Shown in pieces: positions 50,682 through 62,792 of a DNA stretch of 64,000 bases. Source of the stretch: Octopus bimaculoides (lineage: Eukaryota); contig NC_068991.1 of the NCBI RefSeq assembly GCF_001194135.2, positions 6,206,248-6,270,247 of the forward strand. Reading direction: 5' to 3'. How positions within the stretch are numbered: position 1 is the stretch's first letter; each line of letters opens with the position of its first letter. The translations under genes and the position numbers were made by a program. The notes beneath the pieces were generated by a model. It was not told where the DNA came from. It worked only from the letters and a program-made list of their open reading frames with translations, and made no database searches.

Positions 50682-51259
50682 TTAACTCTTTTTAGCATTC
50701 AAACCAACCATATTAAGCCTGTACATTCCACCAGTTTTATGTTAAACTGGCCAGATCTGACCACTTGCACCTACCCTACAATATCATTCAAAAAAAAAAA
50801 ATAATCACATCATCAAAATCTGAAAGCTAATAGATAATGCATAATTAATACAAAACAATGTGAATGAATAAGCATTATATCGTTGCCAGTGCTGCCTGAC
50901 TTGCTCCCATGCCGGTGGCACATAAAAAGCACCATTCGAGTGTGGTCATTGCCAGTGCCACCTGACTGACTCCCATGCCGGTGGCACGTAAAAAGCACCA
51001 TTTGAACGTGGTTGATGCCAGTACCACTTAAATGGCCCTCGTGCAAGTGGCACGTAAAAAGCACCCGCTACGCTCTCGGAGTGGTTGGCATTAGGAAGGG
51101 CATCCAGCTGTAGAAACCTTGCCAGATCAGACTGGAGCCTGCTGCAGCCTCCTGGCTTCCCAGACCCCGGTCGAACCATCCAACCCATGCCAGCATGGAA
51201 AGCGGACGTTAAACGACGGTGATATATTTGACAGAGTAATCTGAACACTAAAGGGTTAA
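50682..51259. mobile_element. piggyBac-like MITE interrupted by a family C insertion (50879-51222)
   Basis: MITE halves flank a family C copy; TTAA at both outer ends. Confidence 0.7.
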
Positions 51260-51325
51260 ATTATTGTCAGAAAACTATGAGGAGAGATATTATAACAAAG
51301 AAAACAGTACAGAAATAAAACTTAC

Positions 51326-51457
51326 CCCAAGTCCTAAAATAAAATAACGATTTTCACTTCCAGTTACAAAACATCGATAATCATATAAGCTTTTTACAGT
51401 TTTCAGTTTAGCAGGAGTTAAATCTTCATATGTCAGATGATACATGTTACAATCTTC
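51326..51457 (-). CDS. CMTR1: CMTR1 exon
   Basis: EDCNMYHL...YDYRCFVTGSENRYFILGLG; phase 0 to 0. Confidence 0.92.
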
Positions 51458-51672
51458 CTGTAATTAAAAGAAGGCACTATATATTAATTACAATTTCATA
51501 TTTTGCCTTTGTTTAAATATTTTTCATTCATTAGTCCTCATTAGCAAAAATGCTGCTCTTTCGATCAACATTCCAACACCTTAAGCAATCTCTCTCTCTA
51601 TCTCACTGATATTTACTTCAAGGAAAGTAAAAAAAAAAACAGTAAAATTAAGTTCCTTTAACTCCTCCCTAC

Positions 51673-51741
51673 CTCCATCAGCTTTGAAAATATAATGCTT
51701 GGGTTTCCTTTTGCCGGGGCAACTCTCACATTATCAGGAAT
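51673..51741 (-). CDS. CMTR1: CMTR1 exon
   Basis: IPDNVRVAPAKGNPSIIFSKLME; phase 0 to 0. Confidence 0.9.
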
Positions 51742-51883
51742 CTACAATAATAATAAAAATAGAATAATAAGAAGAGGAGGAGGGGTGGTGACGATGACAA
51801 AGATGATAGTGGTGGGAAAATGAGCAAAGAGAGACAGAGAAAAGAAGGAGGTACTATGAAATAATTAGCCAAAGCACAATTAC

Positions 51884-51941
51884 CTTCCACAGTTGCAAAC
51901 ACTGCTTTCTGATATCTTTCTGAGAATACTCATGACGATTG
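51884..51941 (-). CDS. CMTR1: CMTR1 exon
   Basis: NRHEYSQKDIRKQCLQLWK; phase 2 to 0. Confidence 0.9.
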
Positions 51942-52254
51942 CTAAAATAGTGGAACAAAAGAAGAAATTAAATTGTGCAAGAATTAATCGAAAACAAGGA
52001 ATTTCTTTCAAACAGTTTTCATATTCAATTCTCCATATGACTAATTTATAGATTGGATGATGAAGATAATTTAAATATTCACATAAATTCTTACAAATGC
52101 CACCCCTTCTTCATGTTGGTCGTGTTGTCTTTTTCAGTATTGTTTGCTATTATTACTTAAGCATCTTCACTCTCTGTGGAACATAGGCCATCTTGACTAT
52201 TGATTGTCTTTTTTGCTTTTGTTCAGTTGGATCCCTACTTTTCAGTTCTGTCGG

Positions 52255-52580
52255 GCGAAATGCTTAGCAGTATTTCGTCTGCCGCTATGTTCTGAGTTCA
52301 AATTCCACCGAGGTTGACTTTGCCTTTCATCCTTTCAGGGTCGATTAAATAAGTACCAGTTACGCACTGGGGTCGATATAATCGACTTAATCTGTTTATC
52401 TGTCCTTGTTTGTCCCATCTGTGTGTAGCCCCTTATGGGCAGTAAAGAAATAAGAAGTTTGCTTCCTAACCACATGGTTTCAGGTTCAATCCCCACTGTA
52501 TGGCACCTTGGATAAGTGTCTTATATTATAGCTTCAGGCTGACCCAAACCTTGTGAATGGATTTGGTAGATGGAAACTAA

Positions 52581-52618
<38 letters not shown>

Positions 52619-52625
52619 GTGTATG
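52255..52625 (+). mobile_element. SINE family B followed by a family A head
   Basis: Family B 52255-52455, family A fragment 52455-52625. Confidence 0.75.
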
Positions 52626-52736
52626 TATAAGTTGGAATATGGCAAAGGCAGTGACTCGACAATAAAATTCCACAACCCTATAACTTCTAACTTGTACAGA
52701 TGCAGTTAGAAAACAGTTTCAATTCTAAGAACTTAC

Positions 52737-52793
52737 GTGTCTAAGGCAAAAGAATGGATTTTCCTTAGATTATTAATTTGTTTCTTTGCCAAA
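52737..52793 (-). CDS. CMTR1: CMTR1 exon
   Basis: LAKKQINNLRKIHSFALD; phase 2 to 2. Confidence 0.9.
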
Positions 52794-52941
52794 CTGAAAA
52801 AAAAAAATACAAAAAAGAAAATCATTTAAAAAATTATTAAATACCAATTCAAGTGCTGAAGAAATATTACAACAAAAATCAATAAATTTGAAAAATGTTT
52901 TATATAATTATCATAAAGCACAAAAATATACATTGCTTTTC

Positions 52942-53144
52942 TTAACTCATTAATATTTAAACTGGCCATATCTGGCCCAAATATTCTACCAGTTTTATGT
53001 TGAAACCAGCCAGATCAAGCCTTTCGCGCCTACCTTACAATGTTATTCTAAAAGTAAACAATCACATAATTGAAATCCCAAAGCTGTGACATAATCCACG
53101 ATTATTTCAAAGCAATCTGAGTAATCTGAATGCTAAAGGGTTAA
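52942..53144. mobile_element. piggyBac-like MITE
   Basis: ttaactcattaatattt...aatgctaaagggttaa. Confidence 0.65.
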
Positions 53145-53565
53145 TCTCTGTAAAAGTTTTGTGCACTGAACTTGTATGTTTTGATTAATTTTAATTATGT
53201 TTTAATTAATTATGCTGCATGAGAGGAAACCAATATTTACAGTCACATGTAGTATTGTCTCAGGGAGTAAAAGTGCAACACTAAAAATGGTAGTGCCATG
53301 CTTAGAAGGACTTCTCCGTAAAATTCTCTGACAGAAAATTTGTCTTTTATGTTTCTTTTACCTGTTTCATTCATTGAGCTGTGGCCATGCTGGGATACTG
53401 CTTTGAAGGGTTTTAGTTAGAACCGGTACTTATGTTTTTTTTTTTTTAAGTCTGGTACTTATTCTATCAGTCTCTTTTGCTAAAGAGCTAAGTTAGAGGG
53501 ATGTAAACAAACCAACACCAGTTGTCAACATGTGGTAGTAGTGACAAACACACACACACACACAT

Positions 53566-53948
53566 GGCACTCCGTCGGTTACGACAACGAGGGTTCCAGT
53601 TGATCCGATCAACGAAACAGCCTGCTAGTGAAATTAACGTGCAAGTGGCTGAGCACTCCACAGACATGTGTACCCTTAACATAGTTCTTGGGGAGATTCA
53701 GCGTGACACAGAGTGTGACAAGGCTGGCTCTTTGAAATACAGGTATAACAGAAACAGGAAGAAAGAGCGAGAGAGAAAGTTGTGGTGAAAGACTACAGCA
53801 GGGTTCGCCACCACCACCTGCCGGAGCCTCGTGGAACTTTAGGTGTTTTTGCTCAATAAACACTCACAATGCTCGGTCTGGAAATCGAAACCGCGATCCT
53901 ACAACCGCGAGTCCGCTGCCCTAACCACTGGGCCATTGCGCCTCCACT
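53566..53948 (-). mobile_element. tRNA-headed SINE family D, full-length, inserted in the (CA)n of a family A copy
   Basis: Head agtggaggcgcaatggcccagtggttagggcagcgg...ggtttcgatttcc; tail shared with 25290 and 56740. Confidence 0.8.
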
Positions 53949-54057
53949 ACACACACATACATACATAATACAAAAACAAACTAGTTTTATAACTTATTTT
54001 TATAAAGGCAAAAACAAAAACTACAAGACAACAGAGTAACAAAACGTTTCTACTTAC

Positions 54058-54234
54058 AGATCATTAGAACTTCTGATATATTCATAGAATCTACCATCCA
54101 GAAGTGTCTCTAGAGGTACAATATCATTGATATCACATTCATCGTCATCCATTTGCAACAATTCCAGATTAATTTCATGCAAGTATTGTTTTATTGGCTC
54201 TGCATCTGTACGCAATGCCTTACAGATGATATAC
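54058..54234 (-). CDS. CMTR1: CMTR1 exon
   Basis: YIICKALRTD...DIVPLETLLDGRFYEYIRSSND; phase 2 to 2. Confidence 0.93.
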
Positions 54235-54369
54235 CTATAAAACGGAAAATATCACATGACAGTTATTTATTCAAACAAGATGCCTTCAATTTATAAAGAC
54301 AGCTGATCTACAAATGAAAAAAAAAGAGTTTGAAAATTAACAAAGAGTAAACACAGGTTTACCCACTGT

Positions 54370-54690
54370 TACCAGTCAGGTAGCACTGGCATCGACCACA
54401 CTCGAATGGTGCTTTTTATGTGCCACTGGCATGGGACCAGTCAGGCGGCACTGGCAATGGCCACGCTTGAACGGTACTTTTTACGTGTCACCGGCATGGG
54501 TGCTAGTCAGGCGGTACTGGCATCAGCCATGATAATGATTTCACTTGACTCAACAGGTCTCCACAAGTACAGTTTATTGCCCAGTGATTGAAGGGTACTC
54601 TTAAATGGGCTGGTTATGCTGCACTAGCATAGGCCACGGTTATGGTCTCACTTGGCTTGCCAGGTCTTCTCATGCACAGCATATTTCCAA
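54370..54690 (-). mobile_element. Family C 5'/internal portion
   Basis: Tandem units ccagtcaggcggcactggc...tttttacgtg. Confidence 0.65.
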
Positions 54691-54771
54691 AGGAGTAACA
54701 TATTTTCAAAAATAGCTAAGTAGGGAAGTCAAAAGAAAAATATGATTAAAGAAAAGAAAATCAGAAAATAC

Positions 54772-54904
54772 CGTTCAGAGTTTGCAGGACGGCTGGTAAC
54801 TGGCTTGAAAATTGCAATTTGATGGAAAGCCCGATACATTAAGTAGACCAGACCAACGCTGAATGGTGTGAAGATATCGAATAATTTACACACAAAATGG
54901 CCAT
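54772..54904 (-). CDS. CMTR1: CMTR1 exon (catalytic K and E)
   Basis: [23 protein letters not shown]...[12 protein letters not shown]; phase 1 to 2. Confidence 0.96.
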
Positions 54905-55039
54905 CTAAAACAAACAAAACAAAACAATAGTGGAAAGGAGGTAATTTTAATCGAAAAACTAAACAGAGATTTCTTCAAAGGTTTTGTTTTCATGATGTAA
55001 TAGTAACATCCTGTGCCATATGTAAGTATTGGTTTGCAT

Positions 55040-55360
55040 CATCATCATCATTTAACATCCGTTGTCCATGCTGTCATGGGTTGGATGGCTTGACCAGGAC
55101 TGGTAAGCTGAAAGGCTGCACCAGACTCCAGTCTGATTTGGCAGGTTTTCTACGGATGGATGCCTTTCCTAATGCTAACCACTCCAAGAGTGTAATGGGT
55201 GCTTTTATGTGCCACTGGCACGGGTGCCATTTGTGTGACACCGGTATCTGCCATGGCTGCAATTTTGCTTGGCTTGTTGGGTCTTCTTCACAAGCACGAC
55301 ATACTGCCAAAGGTCTAGGTCGTTGCCTCTGTGAGACCTAACACTCAAAAGGAACTTCTA
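55040..55360 (-). mobile_element. Family C copy
   Basis: Reverse-complement copy with (CAT)n. Confidence 0.75.
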
Positions 55361-55770
55361 GGCTTGTACCAAAATTTGAAACCAATATTTATCTGATATT
55401 CTAGAAGATACAATTTGTTTTGTAGATCTTTCTTTTTACCCAGTCAGGCCTAATTAGGGGGATAATGACCGTGCAACCGGTTGTATTGGGTTGCATGTTA
55501 CAAGCAGCACTACAGAACAAACTGACATCAGCACTCAATAGACAAGAACAACTACCACCCTGAACCCAAGACTTTGTTTCTGATGTGAATGAAACAGGGT
55601 TTTATTAATTGTACATCCCTTGTGAGACAAGGTACTTAAATTCGTTGAAAAACAGATCCTACCTATGCAGCTATGATTCAGCTAGACTGACATATTACAA
55701 TTTGGAGGGGTGCTTCTGTCTATGGGAAAATAGCCAACAAAATCACTTATATGAAAAAAGGATGTCTTAC

Positions 55771-55867
55771 CGTCTCTTAATACTAACAAGGCTGTGAGAA
55801 ATTGGCACAAATAAAGTTGTTTAGATAAAATCTCCTGTATATTCTCTTGTCCTTCCACAGAGAATCC
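55771..55867 (-). CDS. CMTR1: CMTR1 exon
   Basis: [32 protein letters not shown]; phase 0 to 1. Confidence 0.96.
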
Positions 55868-56739
55868 CTGAAAAATATAACGAGAGTCTGTTATTTAACT
55901 GAGAATATTTAGTATAATTAATAAGAAAATATATGCATTAATTTTATGAATGAGAATAATATTAAGATAAATTATGTCACTTTCAAAGATAAGTGTTAAC
56001 ACATAAAATTATAGATATTAGCTTGTAAACACTGGGTTAAAAATCCTTTGGATAGAAAAAAACTTAAAGGCTATTTACATACAAGGGTTCAAATTCCTCA
56101 AACAGCCCTCAATTTTTTTCTATCGAAAGGGGTTTTAAACCCAATATCTACATGTTATTATTGCTTTATCTATGTCTGGTTCAATCATTAAAAACAAATT
56201 ATATCACATTCCCTCAAAGTTTCTAACTTCTTATGAGGTAAAGAACATAAAATTACATTTTAAACTTGTCATTATTATATTTGTTTGAAAATATTGCACT
56301 GTACCCTTGAGCAAGGTATTTAATTGTAAGGGCCTCCACCTCCATACATATGAATATGAAAATATTTTAAAAGCTGGTATTCTTACAATTTTAGTGATTT
56401 TTAAAAAAAAAGACAAGATAAATACTAAACCATATATTAATATTGTAAGCAGAAATCTCTGGAGACGTTTGTTTTAGCAATTAATATTCCTCAAAGCAGA
56501 TTGCTTTTTGTTGATATTTTCATACACATCCAATAATTTACATTTCTCTACTAAACTATTCTGAGTAATTTTCTCTGTTTATATTGAAAATTTAATGCTG
56601 CCAAAACCAAGGATAAACTTGCATAAAACCGATTCTCAAAAATCAGTTCTGTAGACTGTTCCAAATTAAGGTAGTAACCTGATAACTGAATAAACATTTA
56701 CAAAAGACAAGTATAACATCAAGATGCTTTTATTTTTAA

Positions 56740-57045
56740 CTGGCACTCCATCAGGTAAAGACAATAAGTGTTCCAGTTGATCTGGCTCATGAAATGAATG
56801 TGCAAGTGACTGAGTACTCCACAGACACACATACCCTTAATGTAGTTCTGAGAGAGATTCAGCGTGACACAGGCTGTGACAAGGCTGACCTCTTGAAATA
56901 ACAGGTGCTATTTATTTTTGCCAAACTAAGTGGAATGGAACAATGTAAAATAAAGTACCTGGATCAAGGGTACAATGCACTGCTGGGAATTGAACTCATG
57001 GCTTTATGATCAAAAGCCAAGTACCCAAACCACTAAACCACACAC
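56740..57045 (-). mobile_element. SINE (Meta-like body, family D tail)
   Basis: Homologous to 53566-53750 plus a tRNA-like head. Confidence 0.6.
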
Positions 57046-57096
57046 CTCCACAAGATATATCTAACATCAAATTCCATCTCAAAACATGATACTCAC

Positions 57097-57206
57097 TCCA
57101 TCCGCCATCACAAAATGTACACCTTTGCTTTCTGTATTCTCTTTCACAAATTTTTCAAAAGCTTTTTGGTTTTCTGTTTTGTATATATCTCCCGTACCGT
57201 CAGCAC
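57097..57206 (-). CDS. CMTR1: CMTR1 exon (catalytic D)
   Basis: [36 protein letters not shown]; phase 1 to 0. Confidence 0.96.
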
Positions 57207-57640
57207 CTAAAAGAAGAGAATTGATGAAGAATGTGTTTATGCTTATTATTAGCATCATCATCATCAATAACAATGCCACACAAGAGGTTCGAAGAAACAT
57301 TGATATAATTGATGTAATGACGAACAAGTGACACAGTCTATCAAGGTTATCTTAGAAGAGGGATCACTTGAAATGAAATAAATATATTATTACATACACT
57401 AAGAACGTTAGGGGTTGTGAATCCAACCCTCTAAGGGATTTTACATTAGTCAAACTGGTGTCCTCATCTTGATTGTTGTTTTCACTACATTTCAGCTATT
57501 GTATGCTTTGGCCCATGGCACGGCAGCTGAGAGAACAGACATTAAATGTTGATGATGATGACGATGATGATGATCAGAATAAAGAAAAATTGTTATAGAT
57601 AAAACAGATAGTAAATAGATTCCTATCAAACGAAACTCAC

Positions 57641-57833
57641 CATAATGTGGTTCAAACATCTCACTGGGACCAGCAAAAAATTCTTCAAGTTTAAAATCAT
57701 TGCATTCCCGCAAAGTTAAGCCAAACCCCTTTGCATCCCCTTTTCGTCTCCACAAAACATATTCACTGAAGCCACCAGGCCCAGCACAAATATCAGCAAA
57801 ATAGAGCAAACTGTTTGAAGAAACCAATGGTTG
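57641..57833 (-). CDS. CMTR1: CMTR1 exon (SAM-binding motif)
   Basis: [21 protein letters not shown]...KGFGLTL...FEPHY; phase 0 to 1. Confidence 0.97.
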
Positions 57834-57958
57834 CTGTGAATGGAAGAGAAAGAACAGACACGGAGATGGAATTATTTAGACACAGCAGTGACAAGATGTA
57901 GAGTGAAGGGGTAACATAAAAAGAACAAAAAGTGAAATTATTGGAAAATTCATCTTAC

Positions 57959-58031
57959 CCCAGTTTTAGATTTTGGTTGAGTTAACATGAAGTCACAAAC
58001 AGCATCGATGTTGGACATCTTCATAGCTGCC
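57959..58031 (-). CDS. CMTR1: CMTR1 exon (catalytic K)
   Basis: AAMKMSNIDAVCDFMLTQPKSKTG; phase 2 to 0. Confidence 0.95.
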
Positions 58032-58398
58032 CTGGAATATTAAACATGATCATATTATATGTGATATACTGGAAAATTCTTCAATAAAATTCAATACTGT
58101 ATATTTAGTTAATTCAAAACAATGTGAATAAATAAGCTTTACATTTGACAGATTAATATGAATGATAAATGGTTAAGCCTTAAGAAGCTAATCTAAGAAG
58201 CATGTATTTAGAAGATTCAAGATTCATTCTTTCTCTCAAATCAGAAGGTTTTTATTCACTTTTGTCTCTGATATTCAAAAGGTTTCCCTCATGCCTGATA
58301 TTCAATACTTTAAGTATTGATCAGACTAATTGAAAAGATATTCCAACCGAAGAAAATTATTCCACAGACTAACTTAAATCTGAGTTCATGTTTCTTAC

Positions 58399-58493
58399 CT
58401 ATTTTGAAAAATAACACCTCGTATTGTTTCGTAAGGGTTAGATCTTGAGCGAGCTTTACGCATCTCTTCACTTTCCAGTTCATCAAAAATGTT
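58399..58493 (-). CDS. CMTR1: CMTR1 exon
   Basis: [31 protein letters not shown]; phase 0 to 2. Confidence 0.96.
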
Positions 58494-58564
58494 CTGACAA
58501 AATAAATAAATATAAATAAATGAACAAAAACCATCATTAGAACATATATAAAAAATTAGAGAAC

Positions 58565-58845
58565 AGAAGTGAAACATGGGTCCTGAATGCAAAAGACATG
58601 CAAAGACTAGAGAGGAATGACGCTAGTATGGTCTGCTGGATGTGCAATGTCAGTATAGAAGTGTGATGGAGCGCTAGTGTATTGAGAGAAAAGTTGGGCA
58701 TAAGAAGAATTAGATGCAGCAGTGTGCAAGAGAGAGGAGAATATACTGGTTTGGTCATGTGATGCAGATGGATGTGAAGAGTTGCATACAAAAGTGCCAA
58801 TCATTTAAAATGGAAGGAACTTGTGGAAGAGGAAGGCCCAGGAGT
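58565..58845 (+). mobile_element. RTE LINE 3' ORF fragment
   Basis: [21 protein letters not shown]...RRIYWFGHVMQM...EGTCGRGRPR. Confidence 0.85.
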
Positions 58846-59065
58846 ATCCTCACTTGTACTGGTGGCACAAAAAAAAAGCACCAGATACACACTGTAAAGT
58901 GGCTGGTGCTTGGAAAGGCATCCAACCAGAGAAACCATGCCAAAGTAGGCACTGGAGCAAAAAAGGATAATAGAATAAGTATCAGGCTTAACAAATAAAG
59001 TACAGGGTGCCTCAGCATGACTGTGGTCCAATGACTGAAACAAGTAAACGGTAAAAGGCACTTAC

Positions 59066-59137
59066 TTTAGAATCCAGGATTCCACTCAACAATTCACTTG
59101 AAACAAAATTCAATTCATCATCTATAATTGTCTTTTT
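59066..59137 (-). CDS. CMTR1: CMTR1 exon
   Basis: KKTIIDDELNFVSSELLSGILDSK; phase 0 to 0. Confidence 0.92.
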
Positions 59138-59246
59138 CTGCAAATAAAATTAATAGTGATTAGTCTTTTATGCATGGACTTGTTGAATAAAATAGCAGAG
59201 ATCCTTGTCTCCACAATGAATATTTTTCACTTAGAAAATATGAATA

Positions 59247-59417
59247 GGCGTAGGAGTGGCTGTGTGGTAAGTAGCTTGCTTACCAACCACATGGTTCCAG
59301 GTTCAGTCTCACTGCGTGGCACCTTGGGCAAGTGTCTTCTACTATAGCCTCGGGCCAACCAAAGCCTTGTGAGTGGATTTAGTAGATGAAAACTGAAAGA
59401 AGCCCATCGTATATATG

Positions 59418-59455
<38 letters not shown>

Positions 59456-59652
59456 TGTGTGTGTGTTTGTCCCCCAACCTCGCTTGACAACCGATGGTGG
59501 TGTGTTTATGTCCCCGTAACTTAGCGGTTCAGCAAAAGAGACCAATAGAATAAGTACTAGGCTTACAAAGAATAAGTCCTGGGGTCGATTTGCTCGACTA
59601 AAGGTGGTGCTCCAGCATGGTTGCAGTCAATATGGCTGAAACAAGTAAAAGA
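59247..59652 (+). mobile_element. SINE family A, young full-length copy
   Basis: ggcgtaggagtggctgtgtggtaag... through gaaacaagtaaaaga. Confidence 0.85.
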
Positions 59653-60027
59653 GAGTTTCCTTTAAGAATCTATTTTCCAAGCATCCTTCCTTTATTATCT
59701 GTATTCTTCAAATGATCGATTTCTTGACATCAAACCTGATGCTAGTAATTGCTCATATTTGCTGCCAAGGTTGACTCCCCAAAACGTTTTCTTTTCCCAA
59801 GGTACTCACAAGGTGAAGGTTGGTGCTTGGGCTTTCTTCCATAAAATGCTGATTAACCCATAGCTGGGGTCCTGACAGGTGTTACTACTGCCGATCAGAG
59901 AAGACCCTGGAACATTAGTGACTGCTCTTCAAAACCATGGAAGTCCTGACCCAGGACCCCACGACTGGATTAGTTTAAAGTCTTACCCAGGACATTTTCG
60001 AAGCAATACTAGTACATTAAAACTTAC

Positions 60028-60120
60028 TTTTCCAGTTGCTTTCCATGTCCGAAGTTCTTCTAACAATGGCATAGGATCTGTACAAGGTTTCATCCAGTCA
60101 ACAGTCTCGATTACAGAAAT
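60028..60120 (-). CDS. CMTR1: CMTR1 exon
   Basis: ISVIETVDWMKPCTDPMPLLEELRTWKATGK; phase 0 to 0. Confidence 0.92.
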
Positions 60121-60229
60121 CTTTAAGGGCAAAAAAAATAGTTAATAGTTAACTCTAATATTAGAGGCATATCTTTTCTTGCTAAAATTCTGTTTTGTTC
60201 TTTTTTTTAAATTAATGACAAACTGTTAC

Positions 60230-60388
60230 CTCTTCTTCATTTGGATCCCATTTCATTTCGGTTTTCAAAAATGCTTTTGGATAAAGACCAAAACCACGTC
60301 GGCCTCTCTGCTTAGATGCTTCTACAATTTCAACACGACCTTGGGCATTTTTACCAAGACCTTTACCATCTTGGTAACCCATTTTAGC
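60230..60388 (-). CDS. CMTR1: CMTR1 exon (G-patch)
   Basis: AKMGYQDGKGLGKNAQGRVEIVEASKQRGRRGFG; phase 0 to 0. Confidence 0.96.
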
Positions 60389-60724
60389 CTGTCAATGCAA
60401 AGAAGAGAGAGTGAGAAAATATCAATAAAATCACAAACAATATTGCAGGTAGATAATAATATTATAACACTATTACAGCCAGAATCATAAATGAAAATAT
60501 CTGAAAAATTATATCGTAAGGAAATGTGAATGATTCATGGTATACTCTATTTTTCTTTTAGACTTAAGAACTAGTTAAAAATTTTAGGTAGAAATTCACT
60601 GCAAAGATACATAATTCATCAAGCAATGAGAAATGACTGGATTGCCAAATTTGTGTAAAAACTGAACTCAGAGCCACAAGCAGTTATGAAACCTTGCTCA
60701 TCTAATTCACTGACAATGTTGATG

Positions 60725-60842
60725 GCCATGATGATGATGATGATGGTGGTGGTAGTGGTGGTGGTGGTGGTGGTGGTGGTGATGATGATGATGATGATGG
60801 TGATGGTGGTGATGATGATGGTGGTGGTGGTGGTGGTGATGA

Positions 60843-60876
<34 letters not shown>

Positions 60877-60940
60877 GGTGGTGATGATGGTGGTGGTGGT
60901 GGTGGTGCTGCTGCTGCCGTTGTCACCACCATCGTCATGA
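60725..60940. repeat. (GAT/GGT)n compound microsatellite
   Basis: Direct reading; many other (TA)n, (CA)n, (GA)n and (TATC)n tracts occur across the window. Confidence 0.95.
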
Positions 60941-61226
60941 TACAGCAGTGATATTTTAAATTCTTAAAGTAGTTTACACAAAAACATCTTGGCTGATTCA
61001 TCACAAAATTATAGTTAGAAGTGGTCAAGTAATGGTATCTGTAACAGGAGGGAAGCATCCATAATTTACAATGTTGAAAATGGTTATAAAACTGAATCAG
61101 TTGTAGTGAAAAATAGAGACTTTTTCTCATTCCTTCATTCTGCAATTTTAAAGAGGTACAAATGTGTACTGTCTCTATGAAAATACAAAATATTATCAAT
61201 TCAACACAGTAAAGGGTTCTGCTTAC

Positions 61227-61432
61227 CATAATTTTTAAACTGGTTTCACTGTAGGAAGCATTTTGTGCATGCTGGAATTGGTTGGCAGTTTGTTCTTTCT
61301 GTGAATCTTCTGATTGTTTTGCAGAAAAGGAACCAGAAAATAGTTCCGGCTTCCCTTCATCATTGCTGTCACTGAATGTTGTGCTCTCGTGGCCAGATAA
61401 CAATGCTTGTGGCTCAGGTTCACTATCGGAGT
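61227..61432 (-). CDS. CMTR1: CMTR1 N-terminal exon B (ends at the start of the G-patch)
   Basis: ccttcttcag acceptor, DSDSEPEP...SDSNDEG...YSETSLKIM, ATG|gtaagc; phase 1 to 0; SLKIM|AKMG corresponds to human SQKLM AKMG. Confidence 0.87.
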
Positions 61433-61707
61433 CTGAAGAAGGCATTTAATAAAAAAGAGAAACCTTTCATTGAAAAACACAATTAGATATTTCAAGTCAT
61501 AAATTCTTCAGTTCTTTCCACATTTGTATGAACAATAATTAATGACTTTAACCAAATATTTAAACCCAATTCATACCCTGCCATGTTAGGAATAATGAAG
61601 AGACACATCCGATAATGTTGTCAGTGATGCATAAAAGAAAAAGAGGAATACCTTTGATTACAAATCTGTTTGATCAGAATTGACTGGCCAACCAACCAGC
61701 CAGCCGA

Positions 61708-62005
61708 CCAACAAAGTAATTAGAGGTTTTATAGTGACACCAGCTGTAGAGAGTAAAATATACTTATGATACGCAATTGATTAGGATTTTATGAAAATTA
61801 CTGACTGACCTTTTACTTCTGAATTTAAATCCAATATGCCATGCTTTTTGAATCCTCCATAGGAATTCATTTGACTGTAACTGAGATTTCTGTTTTGTTT
61901 TTTCTAAAGAAATAGAAAATTGATTATTTAGAATTTCCAATTTCTAGTGAGATAAAAATAACAAAGTGTAAGATAAGACATACTTCAACTTCTAAAATTG
62001 TAAAA
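61708..62005. repeat. Intronic duplicate of 63634-63948
   Basis: Long identical stretches (e.g. gattttatgaaaattactgactgaccttttacttctgaatttaaatccaatatgccatg); roughly 85-90% identity by eye. Confidence 0.9.
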
Positions 62006-62792
62006 GAAAGAAAGAAAGAAATGCTTTAACAAACACTGAAAGATAAGTGACAGGCTATGCCAGTGATGGGTAAAATGAGGCCCACAGGACATTTTTGNNN
62101 NNNNNNNNNNNNNNNNNNNNNNNNNNNNNNNNNNNNNNNNNNNNNNNNNNNNNNNNNNNNNNNNNNNNNNNNNNNNNNNNNNNNNNNNNNNNNNNNNNNN
62201 NNNNNNNNNNNNNNNNNNNNNNNNNNNNNNNNNNNNNNNNNNNNNNNNNNNNNNNNNNNNNNNNNNNNNNNNNNNNNNNNNNNNNNNNNNNNNNNNNNNN
62301 NNNNNNNNNNNNNNNNNNNNNNNNNNNNNNNNNNNNNNNNNNNNNNNNNNNNNNNNNNNNNNNNNNNNNNNNNNNNNNNNNNNNNNNNNNNNNNNNNNNN
62401 NNNNNNNNNNNNNNNNNNNNNNNNNNNNNNNNNNNNNNNNNNNNNNNNNNNNNNNNNNNNNNNNNNNNNNNNNNNNNNNNNNNNNNNNNNNNNNNNNNNN
62501 NNNNNNNNNNNNNNNNNNNNNNNNNNNNNNNNNNNNNNNNNNNNNNNNNNNNNNNNNNNNNNNNNNNNNNNNNNNNNNNNNNNNNNNNNNNNNNNNNNNN
62601 NNNNNNNNNNNNNNNNNNNNNNNNNNNNNNNNNNNNNNNNNNNNNNNNNNNNNNNNNNNNNNNNNNNNNNNNNNNNNNNNNNNNNNNNNNNNNNNNNNNN
62701 NNNNNNNNNNNAAAAACCTTCCACTTGAAAATATGCAAGGCACTTTGTCCAATGTTCAAAAGATTCTGTTGAATAATAAATCAATTACTTAC

